Positions 26,269-39,110 of a stretch of 64,000 nucleotides of DNA are shown here, piece after piece. The notes under the pieces were generated by a model that was not told the DNA's origin, searched no databases, and saw only the letters and a program-made list of their open reading frames with translations. The stretch covers positions 6,030,519 through 6,094,518 of the forward strand of contig NC_068998.1 in NCBI RefSeq assembly GCF_001194135.2, written 5' to 3'. Both the position numbers and the translations under genes were made by a program. Within the stretch, counting starts at the first letter, position 1. Every line of letters begins with the position of its first letter. Source of the DNA: Octopus bimaculoides. Lineage: Eukaryota.

Positions 26269-27639
26269 ATTAGGTGCCTCAGAAACAAAATCCTTTAAAA
26301 ATCAGTTTTTCATAAGCTCCTCAAAGTTTTAGAGACCTGTTGAAATGGAAACATTTAAGCATATGCTTTTGTAAGAAAATTATGTACCATGGAGTAGGTC
26401 ACCTCAATGAATTAATTCTCTATCAGAATATATTTCTGATTTAGCTTGAAGATTGTTATAATTCCTTGGAAGAATATGTTGGTCTTAGAACTAAAGGATT
26501 TCAATTATAGCTAAGTTAATTATGTGCATCAATCACTATCCAAAATAAATCTTATGGCGGTTTGTAGTAGATTTGGCAGTTAGTATACAAAGAGAAATTA
26601 TATAACACACGCACACATACACAGTACCAAAGTTAATTGATTTAACTAGAATTTATTTCTAGATTAACTCTCAAGTAATTTCTAATCTTGTTGTAACAGA
26701 TCTCTAGAGCTTATGTCTCCAATTAATGAAAGGACTTGAGTTTGGCAGTTATGGTAGAGCTGTGCTGACCCTTGCTTTTGCGTGTGTGGGTGGGTGTCTT
26801 TGTGAAACATGTCAGCTGAAAACATAATTCCCAGTGTATATGGTTGTGTGATTGAGTGCATTGAAGAAATCAAATATGTCTCCTGACATTGACGTTCTCC
26901 CTCTCTCCCTCCCTCCATTCCCCCTCCCCTCCCCCTTCCCTACCCATACATGCACAACCTCTACACAACTGTTCTAATTTCTGAATACATAATTTCCAGG
27001 CTGTTTCAGTATGCTCATCTGGTACTTGATGTGTATTTTCAGACCTACACTCTTGGTGGGATTTCTTTTCTTACTTTAACCTCTTATCTCCTTGCATAAT
27101 TACTGCCTCTCTCAGGGTTTATAGTCTTGCAAACTGCACGGTGACGTCACTAGTGCAAAAGTACCCAGTACATACTACAGAGTAATTGGTGTTAGGGAGA
27201 GCATCCAGCCATAGAAACCACCATGTCAGAATAGACAGTGGAGTACACTGCAGTCCTTGGACTCATTGAATCCTTTGAAATTATCCAACCTATGGCAGCA
27301 TGTAACAAGGATGTCTGATGACAATGATATGATGAAGTATGTTGGCCCTTTCATATATAAGCTTGGATGTGTGGCGAAGAAGCTCCAAGTTTGATCTTAC
27401 TCTGTGGTACCATGAGCAAGTGTCTTCTGCCATACCCTCAGACTGGGCAATACCTTGTGATTGAAATATTGTTTAACATGTGATGATTGGTGGAATAAAA
27501 AATGCTCTACCTGGAAAAGATATAAGGGTTGGCAACAGGAAGGGCTTCCATCCGTAGAATCCTGCTTCAATTAAGTTTCATCTAACCCATGCCAGCAACG
27601 ATGATGGTTGTGTGTGTGCCATCAAAGCAGGGTGTTGGA

Positions 27640-27980
27640 AATGGCATTGGCCTTTGCATTGTTTTTGAGATTGATGAGATTAATACAGTTGACATGATGT
27701 TGTAACATTGCAAGGAGAGAGTTTCTAAGGGCATACCTGACTGACCGAAATGTTTAGTATATGAACTGGGAGCTGAGACACAGGGTAACAAGAGGAGGAG
27801 AAATGAGTGGATCACATGGAGATTAGGAGAAGGTAGGCAGCTCACTTATTTGGGGAGAGCAGAGAGACCATTGTAGTAGGGATGAAAGAGATATATTGCG
27901 GGGAAACTGCATGTTTGTGGGCAACGAGTTGAAACCTGTTGGTGAGTGAATCTTTACCAATCAGCTGAATGGTCTTTTGG
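27640..27980 (-). mobile_element. CR1-clade LINE ORF2 C-terminal remnant
   Basis: Minus strand ILEPIQKTIQLIGKDSLTNRFQLVAHKHAVS...YYNGL, ending ..CINLINL. Resembles CR1 LD.IQ..A..LI....L...LQ.L.HRR.V.SL.LFYRYY.G. Confidence 0.75.
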
Positions 27981-28539
27981 ATTGGCTCTAGGATATTTAT
28001 TGTTGTTGCAGCAACACTTCCCTTCTGTCCCCTCGTGTGTGTGTGTAGTAAAGAGTTATTATATAAATAGAATCTTTATAATATAAACTTAAAATTTTCA
28101 TTTACACGTATGACCTAAGACAAGTGAACAAAAGTGCCTCCAAGAATTGAACCATGTATTTCTTATACTGGATGTTAGCAATTTCGCCAAAGTACTTCTG
28201 AATGACAAAACCCGTCACATTAGTTCTTATAAGCATCTTACGGGATCATCTAACATTGTTTACTTCCACTCATTACACGAGTATCTTGAGTATTTTAGCA
28301 CCATTAGGTTGACAGATTGCTCCTGTGTGTCTAACCTAGTTCAGTAGTACACATTAAAATTGCTGTGACTATAAATGAAATGACCCCCAGAATATGAAAA
28401 GTAAAGAATCTTAATATAAATGGTTATTAATTTTTAAAATATTAACTTAAAAGGATTGTTTTGAAGTACAACGCAAGACAAGACGTGAACAGAGCCTACA
28501 GGAAAGTTGTTACATAATATTATATGTGTGTAAGCACTG

Positions 28540-29025
28540 ATAACAGTTTCCTTCTCAGAGTAAAGGGCAGACTAGATGTTGCATGTGTACAAAGTGTGAT
28601 GTTGCATGATAGCAAGACATGAGCCTTAAACGCAGAAGATATGTGATGGCCAGCAAGAATTGCAGTGAGCATGCTATAATTGTTGTGTAATGTTAGCATG
28701 CTTGAATGGCAGAGCACTGAGTTGAGAAAGACTGGATGCGAAATGGACCAGGTGTAGTGTGCAAGAGAGAAGAGGATACTGGTACAGACATCATGATATT
28801 TTTGGATAATGGCAGCTGGATAGAGAAGTGCCAATCATTCTAATTGGGTGGAACCTGTGGAAGAAGGATGCAAAGGGAAACAAGGATAAAATAATGAAAA
28901 TTGAGCTCAAAGGGTTGATTCTCACAAAGAAAATAGCAAAGGACCACAACAAGTGGTTAATAGATGTGTTGGAGAAGACCTACTTATGGAAAAACAGCCA
29001 TAAAAATGATTACAATGATGGTCGT
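28540..29025 (+). mobile_element. RTE-clade LINE 3' end remnant (5'-truncated)
   Basis: LRVKGRLDVACVQSVMLHDSKT*ALNAEDM...SML*LLCNVS...STELRK, then GTCGR. Matches RTE ORF2 C-terminus K.RLY..CV.S.MLYG.ETW...RL.W.GHV.R...GRGRP. Ends in a GAT-rich tail. Confidence 0.85.
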
Positions 29026-30748
29026 TGACATGGGTTCATATCGCGGTTTGGGTCTGTCTCACTCATAATGCTCATATCACTCTATTTTGCTCTAAACCTA
29101 TTGCCTGCAAGGCAACAGGTGGCAGTGTTCTGGATCTGTTCATATTTAATCCAGGTGTCACCCACTTATATATATTGCTGTACATCTCGCCTTCCCCATT
29201 ATTTCCTCAATATTGACATCCATCACTCTTTTTCCTCTGCAAAATACATTTGTTTTGTTTGCCTTAGTTTGCTTGGCTGAACATCTGTGCCAACCATGCA
29301 TGAGATTTGTGTCATCAGTAGGAAGAAATGTGTATTGATGAAAGGTAAACTTTGAGAAAACCATTCCAGTAGTTAGCAAGCAAAAACAGATAAATGCAGA
29401 GGAGTTAGAAGTATGTATTGGTGGTTGGAATAATACACTTACTTTGCTTTTAGTGCAGTTTCCAACATTGTTTTTGATGTGCGTAAATATTTTTCTGGAT
29501 TTTACTTCTAATCTGAGAAAATGTGTGCAGACAGAAAATATAACACCTGAAGACTATTGACTAATATACCAATTGAAATGTAGTGTGAATCTAATAAATT
29601 TGAAAGAAAAAAAAAAAATATGTGTAGTTAATAGTTTGATTCATTGCTGTAAGTTTGATAAATTTAGATTGCTTTTGGCATCAAGGTTTTGTATTAAGTT
29701 GTAAATAAACACATAATCAGGTAACAGGGCAGAGGAGCAAGCAAGAGAGATAATACTAAATTTAAAAAGTTACTTTCTCTCACCCCTACCACCTAGTCTT
29801 CCCTCTTTCTTTCTTTCTTTCTCTTTCTCCCTCTCTCTCTCTCTCTCTCTCCTGGCAACCCCCATCAACCGCTTCTTGGCTGAGTTATCGTGTTTCAGCT
29901 GTGTTATTGACAAGTCTTTTGTCAGAAATGGAAAGAAAGCTGTATCGACTGATCAGGAAATATTTGATATTCTGCTGTGAATGCATCTCAGTTTAGAGAA
30001 TGTGCACTTGAGGACAAGGAAGTCGGTTCCTTTGATAACTCTGCTCTCAGCAATTACATAAAACTTCATATCACTAGTTTATAGATAAACACCATAATTA
30101 TCATTATTATTATTATCATTATTATTATTACCACCATCACCACTGGTACTATTATTATTATTATTACTATTATCGTCAACAGAGTGTTATTTTCAGTGCA
30201 ACTTCTAAGGTCAGTTGTATTCTTTTGCTTTAATGTTTTCGGGATTATATTTTTGATTTTTTACTTGGGTTTTATACATATTTTTTTTACATTGGTATTT
30301 TCTGTTTTTCCGTTTTTTTTTATTGGGATTTATTTATATGGATTTTTCTTTTTTTTTCTTTAATGTACAGGATTTGCCATAAGGTTGTTTGTGTGTATAT
30401 GTGTGTGCGCGCGTATAAGATTTCCTTTAAATTTTTGGTTTGGCTTCTGTTTTGCTTGTGGAAATGCTTTGATAGTTACTTAGAGAATTAATCCCGTTAC
30501 CTATTAGTACTAGTCTGACAATAGCTTTTGTTTACCAACACACATTCTCTGTCTGTCTGTCTGTCTCTCACACACTTTGTACATTCAACAAAACTTATTT
30601 TTCATTGAGTATTTATGCCAATATATCTATCTCCAAACATGAAAAGCTTTAACTTGTAGATTAGTCAAAATACAAGAAGGTAACTAGAATGTACAACCCC
30701 TTCATAATAATTTCTATTTTCAGTACAGCTACCTGTTTTTTTTTTTTA

Positions 30749-30780
<32 letters not shown>

Positions 30781-30789
30781 GTGTTGATA

Positions 30790-31000
30790 GCAAGCTGGGA
30801 AAATTTTTCAATATGCTGGACAAAATGCTTACCCTCATTTTGCCTTCCTTCTATGCTCAGATTTCAAAATTCAGCTGAAGTTGACTTTGCCTTTCATTGG
30901 GGGTCAATAAATTAAGTACCAGTTGTGTACTGGATCGATCTTATCTACTGGCCTTCTCCCTTAAAATTCCGGGCCTTGTGCCTAAAGTAGAAAAGATATC
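30790..31000 (+). mobile_element. Family A SINE
   Basis: GACTTTGCCTTTCATTGGGGTCAATAAATTAAGTACCAGTTGTGTACTGGATCGATC...GGGCCTTGTGCCTAAAGTAGAAAAG, after an (ATT)n run. Confidence 0.85.
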
Positions 31001-31351
31001 TATGGACCATTTTACCTTTTGGTTCTGGTAATTATACAAGTCTGCTCAGTCCATTAATTAGCAAATGCCTTTTGCAGAAAAATACACTGCTGTGAGGCCT
31101 TCAAATAAGGCAATTGGCACTTGGTGTCATAATTAGAAGGCATGTGAATTACAACCAGATACAGTGTTAACTATAAGCACCAGACAATGACAACCAGAAT
31201 GACTGACCTATGTAGATCAGGTTAGATATCTAACCCTGGATCCTATATATGCTGACAAATAACATCACCTTAAAACCAGTTGTAGTGGAACCGTGTCAGT
31301 GGTCAGGTCACATTTGGTGCAACGGAAATTTTGGCACCAAATAATGAATGT

Positions 31352-31578
31352 TTAACTCTTTAGCATTCTGATTATTCTGTCAAAAGTAATGCTTATTTAT
31401 TCCCATTGTTTTGAATTAATCGTGGATTATCTTGTGGCTTTGGGATTTTGATGATGTGATTATTTATTTTTAGAATGACATTGTAGAGCAGGTTTGAGAG
31501 GATAGATCTGGCCAGCTTGAACATAAATAAGTTGAATATTTTGGCTGGATATGGCCAGATTGGATGCTAAAGGGTTAA
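31352..31578. mobile_element. TTAA-flanked piggyBac-type MITE, family F (227 bp)
   Basis: Ends TTAA-CTCTTTAGCATTC ... GATGCTAAAGGG-TTAA. The same internal sequence occurs at 26043-26268 and, in opposite orientation, at 56032-56258. Confidence 0.8.
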
Positions 31579-32199
31579 GATTTGTGTGTATTTGCATGGC
31601 TGATATGTGTCTTCTATGCTGTAGTTTTTTTTAGTTCTAACAGTCGAAGATCGAATCTCATGCCAGGCAATTAGACCTCTGAAATTTAGTGTTCTGCTAC
31701 TCCAAATTCAAACAGTTTTTATGATGGCTGGATAGGACAAGAGATGGCCAAGCCCGTAGAGAAGAACTATACCTAATGCATATTTTTCTTCTCATATCTG
31801 AATTTGCGTTTCACTGTTTGAAGTTTAAATCCTGCCAAAATCAACTTCATCTTCCTTTGCAGGGATTGTTATATCGGCTACATTTCTTCTTCCTTTACAA
31901 AATAACAACTTTAAATCTAGTGTAAAAAAAATGATTATTATTGAAAATAATTTAATGATATAGGAGGGTGTCATTCCACAATAGTCTCTTTGGTCGATAT
32001 CTTTGTGGTGTTTCTTTACCTTTTTTTTATTATTGTAATATTTTGCTTTATTTAATTCCCTATTAGATGATTGATTTGTGTGTGTGTATATATATATATA
32101 TGTATGTATGTGTGTGTGTATGTATACATATATATATCTATGTGTGTGTGTATATATATATATATATATGTATATGATCTATTTTGGAAATAGCTGCAC

Positions 32200-32680
32200 T
32201 AACTGCTTGGTATCATTTCGTCTCTTGCCTTGTTATCTCTCCAGTCCCCACTGTTGTATCATATTACTCTTGTCGACATCGGAGACAGTGTCTTTTCTTA
32301 CTATCACAACTTATCTCTTGCTCACTTCCAGGTTATACTATATTACCCCTTCCTTTTTTTCTTCTGCACATGACACCACACGTGTGCATTCGTTGTAATC
32401 TGGCACTAGTATTTGTCGATCAAGTTTGACAAAATCCCATTTACCTAGCCTATTCTACTGCTAGTACAATGGCTTGTACACAGCCTGCTGCATACTGCCT
32501 CCAACTCCGTGCGGACCCACCTGGCACACTCACCCCTATTCTTCTTGGCACTTCTAATTTGTTACAATTTTACTATCTGCTGTACCTAATCTTTCCTACC
32601 CTTGAACATTCCTTCTGGAATTTCTACTCTGTCTACGCCTGCACCACCACCATAAGCATCAATTTAGAGATATTCTTGTT
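32200..32680 (+). mobile_element. CR1-clade LINE ORF2 C-terminal remnant
   Basis: Fragments RCNLALVF, LFYC*YNGL (LFYRYYNGL) and SFLP. Heavily decayed. Confidence 0.6.
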
Positions 32681-33379
32681 GAAGTATATTGATCATGGAA
32701 ATCTTGGAGGGCCTGGTGAGGTTAAAGAGCAACTGTCCTTTCCTTTTGGCTAAGCCATAGTGAAACAAAGCAAAGCAATCAATGCCGGCATGTAAAGTTG
32801 GCAAAGCTGTTTGATATTATGGAAAGAGGTTAGAGAAATTGGTTTGTGAGTAGGCAGCAGCTGAAATCTCTCTTTGATTGAGTTGGTCTCCTCTCTTTGT
32901 CTTATAGTTTTGAGATAAGCGAAAACATCTAGAGCTTTTTGTCTCCATCATCATCATCATCATCATCATCTTTTAATTGCAGCTGCTACACTTCCTTAAT
33001 TCTTGATACTAGGTGCGTAGAATAGCAAAGACTAATGGAGTTTTCTGATTTAATATCTGTCAGTATTTAGTTTCACCCAGCTACATTCTGACAGATAAAC
33101 ACCAGGCAGAAGCTGGAGACCATTCCATTGGTTAAACTATGCTTTGCATACGTGTTGGTTTGTGCCTAACCTAGAAAATTTTTATCAAGCAGCGTTTCTT
33201 CCAATGCCTTACATTTTAAGTTCAAATGCCACTGAAGTTAGCTTTGTCTTAGTCTCTTGAACATGATAAAATACTAAAATACTGGGAGCCAGTGTAATTG
33301 GCTAATCCCCCCCCCCCCNNNNNNNNNNATTTGAAATATAATGACCCTCCCTTCTGAAGCCCCTGTGGTGAATAAAAGA

Positions 33380-34240
33380 AAAAGTGTTTAGCAGTATTTT
33401 CTTCTGGCTTTATGTTCTGTGTTCAGAATACTCTGAGGTCAACTTTACCTTCCATCCTTTTAGGGGTCAATAAAATATATTCCAGTTGAGCACTGTGGTC
33501 AATGTAATCGACTACCTTTCTTCCTCCAAATTTCAGGCCCTTTGTATCAAACAGAAATACTTAGTTGGATTCCTTGGTGCCAAAAGCATACTTTAGTCAT
33601 TCCATAAAGGCTAGACTAAATACTGAGTTTGATATAACTGACTATTAAAAAAAGCCCTTGAAGTCAATATTCCAGCTTGGCCACAGTCCAAAGACTTCAA
33701 CAAGCGTGTGTATATGTGTGTAATTAATGAAGTGTTGTTGCAAAGAATAATGACATAATCATCTTTTATGTTCATTATTTGTATTAACACTTAAGACATA
33801 AACAAACATGTTTTCATTTCATCTTAAGGAAAGAAAAAAAAGCAAACTAAAACAAAGATGGTCAATTTTTAACTCGTTCCTTCTGCTCACCATCCGTACT
33901 TATGTTTAAGTTCCAAAGCTTTATAGGGTTGTGGTTGTTAGTTTAGGTTTTTTGTTTCGAGTTCAAATCTTGCTGAGGTCACTGTTGCTTCCCATCTTTC
34001 TTGAGTCGATACAATAAAGTATTAGCCAGGTACTAAGATCAGCTTAGTGGTATGTGTTGGTATGGAGGTGGAGTTTGCCAAAATGCAAAATGCAGTGCTG
34101 GATGAAATTGCATTTTGATGGTTGGTTCTGAGTCTGACATCCCAGATTGGTGCAATGCATATCAATTAAGTATTGGTGTTGAGTTCTGTTTTTAATTTTT
34201 TTTTCACCCTTTGCCCTTCTCTGGAAATTTGGGATCTTGC
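33380..34240 (+). mobile_element. Cluster of decayed family A SINEs with a family B tail fragment
   Basis: Family A core near 33410-33540, 33950-34030 and 34130-34240. TTCCAGCTTGGCCACAGTC tail at ~33670. Confidence 0.65.
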
Positions 34241-35748
34241 ACTAATGTCAGTATTATTGGCTAAAGTATTGACCAGTTATATGTATGTACGTATGCAATT
34301 TTGAGAGAGAGAGAGAGAGACTCATTTACCTATATGTGTTTCCTAGGACCCCTCCTCTGTCTCAACATCATCATCATCCTCAACCTCATGGCCATTTCTG
34401 TCTCAAGTCCTAGAACCCACAGGACCAGTTACCCAGTTTCCATGGCACATAAATGACAAAGCTCACAACATCCCCACCCCGCCCCTGAAACAGGATGTCA
34501 AGCCTTCACAGGATTATTCATTTACAGCTAATGAGCTGAAGCAACGGGAATTGGCATGTCTTGCTTAAGAACACAACACACCACCCAGTCTGGGGCCAAA
34601 ACCATGGTCCTGCAATTATGAGTGCACCACCCCTTACACTAGACCACACCCTTTCACTAGAATCCTCAGGTTTCATTAAAATGGTTTAATTATCAGCAGT
34701 TGTATTTTTTTAAGTCATTGTTGTGCTTAACTATAAAAAGGAAGAAAAGTACAGGGGGCAATTCATTCCACTAAAACTCTTGAAGACAGTACCCTGGCAT
34801 GGCTGCAGTCTAATGATTGAAACAAGTGAAAGATAGAAGATTCATACAAAGTATATTCTGCAAAATTGGGGAAGTCTTGGTACCTGTAAATAGTAAGGAG
34901 TCTCTATCAGAAAAAAATGACATCTTAATGGAAATCTAATTGTATTGGAATTTGGTTGGAACAAGGTCTTTGCTAAAATGAAATTTCTTAAAGCTGCTTT
35001 GTGGCTTTTTGATTCATTCAACCTCTTATGAGATGAAACTTCATGAAAGAGAAAGAAAAAAAATATACAAAGATGTAATAACTCTGCATTTAGGGGATTC
35101 CCCATTTTATGTGGAATGTATTTAAAGAATTCTGCAAAAGTAAAAGAAGTTGGGAAACACTGGTCTATATCGTAGTATTTGATCAAATCATGGCAGAAAG
35201 CAAAATAAATGACCTTAGATGGGATTTGGAAATCACCTTCATAGTTCCCTCTTTTCTTTCCCACATTTTATCTATTTTATTTTTTTTTGTGTTATTTTTT
35301 TCTGTTATTTTGCTGCCCCGAAAGTTCTTGTCAGTATTGATTATTGATCTCTCTCCCTCTCTCTACAATTTAAATGTGTTAAGATTTCTTTACAATTGGT
35401 GTGTATGTGTGGTGGGGGTGTCATTGTACTAGCCAGTGGTTTTTGGCAAGCCTTTTCCTGAGGTGGTTTCTTTTTACTTTTTTTTTTGTTTTTGTTGCTT
35501 TTTTGGCACAACTACCCTAATCACATAATAAATATATCTGTCTGTTCCCCTGTTTCCCATTAATGAAATTTTTGGTAGTAGCAATGGCAATAGGTCTTGT
35601 GGGTGCTGTAGTAGTGGGGAAAAGGAAGGAGCTTAATTTATTTTCTTTCTATTTTTTTTTTGTTTCTTTTGTTTTCCAATGTTTTATTTTTATTATCTTG
35701 TTCGACATTCAACTATCTACTCCTCCCTCTTTTGATACAGTTGATTGT

Positions 35749-35790
<42 letters not shown>

Positions 35791-36940
35791 CTCTTGCAAT
35801 TGTTTTGGTCTGGAAACCATTTATAATTTTAGAATGTTGTCTATTCTTCTCTGGCAACATCTATCTTTGGTTTATTTTTCTAAAGGAAAAATGTGAAAAA
35901 CTATCAAAAAACACAATTTAGATTTCAAATAAATCTCCTCCTCCCCTCCCTCCTCTGTCACTAATCCCTTTCTCTTTCACTCTTCTCCTACTCTCTTGCC
36001 CTTTAACTTTTTTCTATTTCTTCTCCCTCTCTCTCTCTCATTGTATTTTAGAACTTCTCTCACTCATTCTCTATCTTTCCTTCTCTCTCTCTCCCTTGCT
36101 TTATTTTTCTCTTTCCTCCGCTTGGTGACTCTCTCACCTAACATAAAAAGGGATGTAACTAAATACCACAAGCTATGTCGTCCATTGCTGTACCCAATCT
36201 GTCCAGCCCCTGTACTTTGACACCACATGGACTCCCTGAGTGTTATTATGTTGTATGAACCCCAATGTTATGAAAACAATATTAATCCAGTTTGATAATG
36301 ACAGTGACATATGTACCTACCATATGCAGAGCAGAGCAGGGTACAATAGAGTATATACTTTATTATATACTCTAGAAGGCATTGCTCCAGCATGGCAACA
36401 GTCCAGTGAATGATGACAAGAATAAAATATTATGTTTGTGATTCCAATTTTGGATATTTGCATCCTCCTTTTCTTTCTTGACATTCTTCTTCTGTCCGTG
36501 TGTCATGCGTACACACCCACACAGCAGTAAAAGATGTATTTGTCAATTTGGTTTAACTTTGACAATGGAGCTGACTTTGGCATGACTTCATAGTCTCAAT
36601 CGTGCACAGTAAATATGGTGTAAGCTGATTAAAGCTGCAATGGTAATATGTTGCAGTGTGCACATATAAAGACACGTTAACGTACACATATGCAACTTGT
36701 GTGCACAAGCATGCACATGCTCACATGTATGTTGCCCTCAGAAACACACTCAATCACATGTGCACCTGCTTATTCAGATGCACATACATACATACATACA
36801 TACATACATACATACAATGACATATTCTGCATATACTCTCTCATGCTCATAGGCATAACAAACATGAGTTTTCAGCACTTGATTACAGGATGGGTATGCG
36901 TGTGTGTGTTTCTCTCTTTCTCTCTTTTTCTCTCTTTTTC

Positions 36941-37002
<62 letters not shown>

Positions 37003-37189
37003 GTTAATGTAGCAACAACAGAAATATTAACACAAGCACGTATTTCTATACCCAGATATACATCAATGTACACACCCCACATCTTTTGTATAGTCCATGT
37101 ACACCCATTAGTACTTTTCTCACTAAAAGTATGTTTGGACAATTCAATTACTTCCTGTAGTTTCTTTTCCACATTGGACCATTTATTTA

Positions 37190-37224
<35 letters not shown>

Positions 37225-37367
37225 GTATCGTATAAGACGTGTGTGTGTGTGTATGTATGGTTTGCCTATTATAAAATATAAAGGAATTTATAAATTCTTG
37301 TCTGGAATGGTCAAGTTCAACATTCTCTCTCTCTTTCTTTCTTTATCTCTCTCTATTTCTCTTTCTT

Positions 37368-37419
<52 letters not shown>

Positions 37420-38729
37420 AACCCCTCCTGTGTTTCGTGATTGACTTACATCCTACATAACTAGATTAATAAATGCTGTTGTCTCCTCTCTCCCACCACC
37501 ACCACCACACACACTTGCACACGGACACTTCCATGCATACATCGCACACGCAGGCAAACATGCACACACACACACACACACACGCGCACACACACACATC
37601 TACACTTTGTTTCTTCCTCCTCTCCCCTCTCTCTCTCTCTCCCTCACCCTCCCTTGGTCTATAGACTATAAATACATCTATCAGTGTTTTGTCCTCACCC
37701 CTCCCATCCACTCCCTCTCCAACATCCTCCNNNNNNNNNNNNNNNNNNNNNNNNNNNNNNNNNNNNNNNNNNNNNNNNNNNNNNNNNNNNNNNNNNNNNN
37801 NNNNNNNNNNNNNNNNNNNNNNNNNNNNNNNNNNNNNNNNNNNNNNNNNNNNNNNNNNNNNNNNNNNNNNNNNNNNNNNNNNNNNNNNNNNNNNNNNNNN
37901 NNNNNNNNNNNNNNNNNNNNNNNNNNNNNNNNNNNNNNNNNNNNNNNNNNNNNNNNNNNNNNNNNNNNNNNNNNNNNNNNNNNNNNNNNNNNNNNNNNNN
38001 NNNNNNNNNNNNNNNNNNNNNNNNNNNNNNNNNNNNNNNNNNNNNNNNNNNNNNNNNNNNNNNNNNNNNNNNNNNNNNNNNNNNNNNNNNNNNNNNNNNN
38101 NNNNNNNNNNNNNNNNNNNNNNNNNNNNNNNNNNNNNNNNNNNNNNNNNNNNNNNNNNNNNNNNNNNNNNNNNNNNNNNNNNNNNNNNNNNNNNNNNNNN
38201 NNNNNNNNNNNNNNNNNNNNNNNNNNNNNNNNNNNNNNNNNNNNNNNNNNNNNNNNNNNNNNNNNNNNNNNNNNNNNNNNNNNNNNNNNNNNNNNNNNNN
38301 NNNNNNNNNNNNNNNNNNNNNNNNNNNNNNNNNNNNNNNNNNNNNNNNNNNNNNNNNNNNNNNNNNNNNNNNNNNNNNNNNNNNNNNNNNNNNNNNNNNN
38401 NNNNNNNNNNNNNNNNNNNNNNNNNNNNNNNNNNNNNNNNNNNNNNNNNNNNNNNNNNNNNNNNNNNNNNNNNNNNNNNNNNNNNNNNNNNNNNNNNNNN
38501 NNNNNNNNNNNNNNNNNNNNNNNNNNNNNNNNNNNNNNNNNNNNNNNNNNNNNNNNNNNNNNNNNNNNNNNNNNNNNNNNNNNNNNNNNNNNNACACACA
38601 CACACATACATGCATATATATATATGCACACGCACGGTGTGTGTGTATATTTTTTTCTGGTTCGTGATTATTATAATCGATCAACATAATTTTTTTTTAT
38701 TATTGTTATCATTCCTTGTGGTATTTAGT

Positions 38730-39110
38730 TGTGGTCTTTTACGTTTTGAGTTCAAATCTTGCTGAGGTCATTTTTTTTTCTTTTTTCTTTTTTTTTGCAT
38801 CCTTTCAGGGAGTCAATAAAATAAGTATCACTTGAGTACTAGGGTTAATATAATTGTCTTTTCCCCCCTCTCCTGAATTGCTGGCCTTGTGCCAAAATTT
38901 GAAACAATTATCATCATCACTAAGGAGCAAGGTAGTGGGCTGGCAGAATCATTAGCACACTGGACAAAATACCTAGTAGTATTTCATCCATCCTTACATT
39001 CTGAGTTTGAATCTCACAGTGGTTGACTCTACCTTCCAGGGCTGATAAAATAAGTACCAGCTGAATCCTGCAGTTAATGTAATCTACAATCCCCCCTCCC
39101 CTAAAATTGC
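38730..39110 (+). mobile_element. Two tandem family A SINEs
   Basis: Cores at ~38740-38900 and ~38935-39105, separated by an ATC/ATT tail. Confidence 0.85.

Noticed and set aside
28071-28340. Helitron-like 5' TCTTTATAATATAAA and 3' CTAGT
   Set aside because: No convincing subterminal hairpin and only a single copy in the window.
29981-30084. Short frames MHLSLENVHLRT.. and ..DNSALSNYIKLHITSL faintly resembling WHD motifs (SLQDIHLR; N.TL.NIIRQLSSL)
   Set aside because: The motifs are in different frames, in the wrong order and position, with no compatible splice phases; probably chance.
31311-31342. Small hairpin ATTTGGTGC-AA...TTGGCACCAAAT beside a MITE
   Set aside because: An 11-12 bp stem is expected by chance in 64 kb; no other support.
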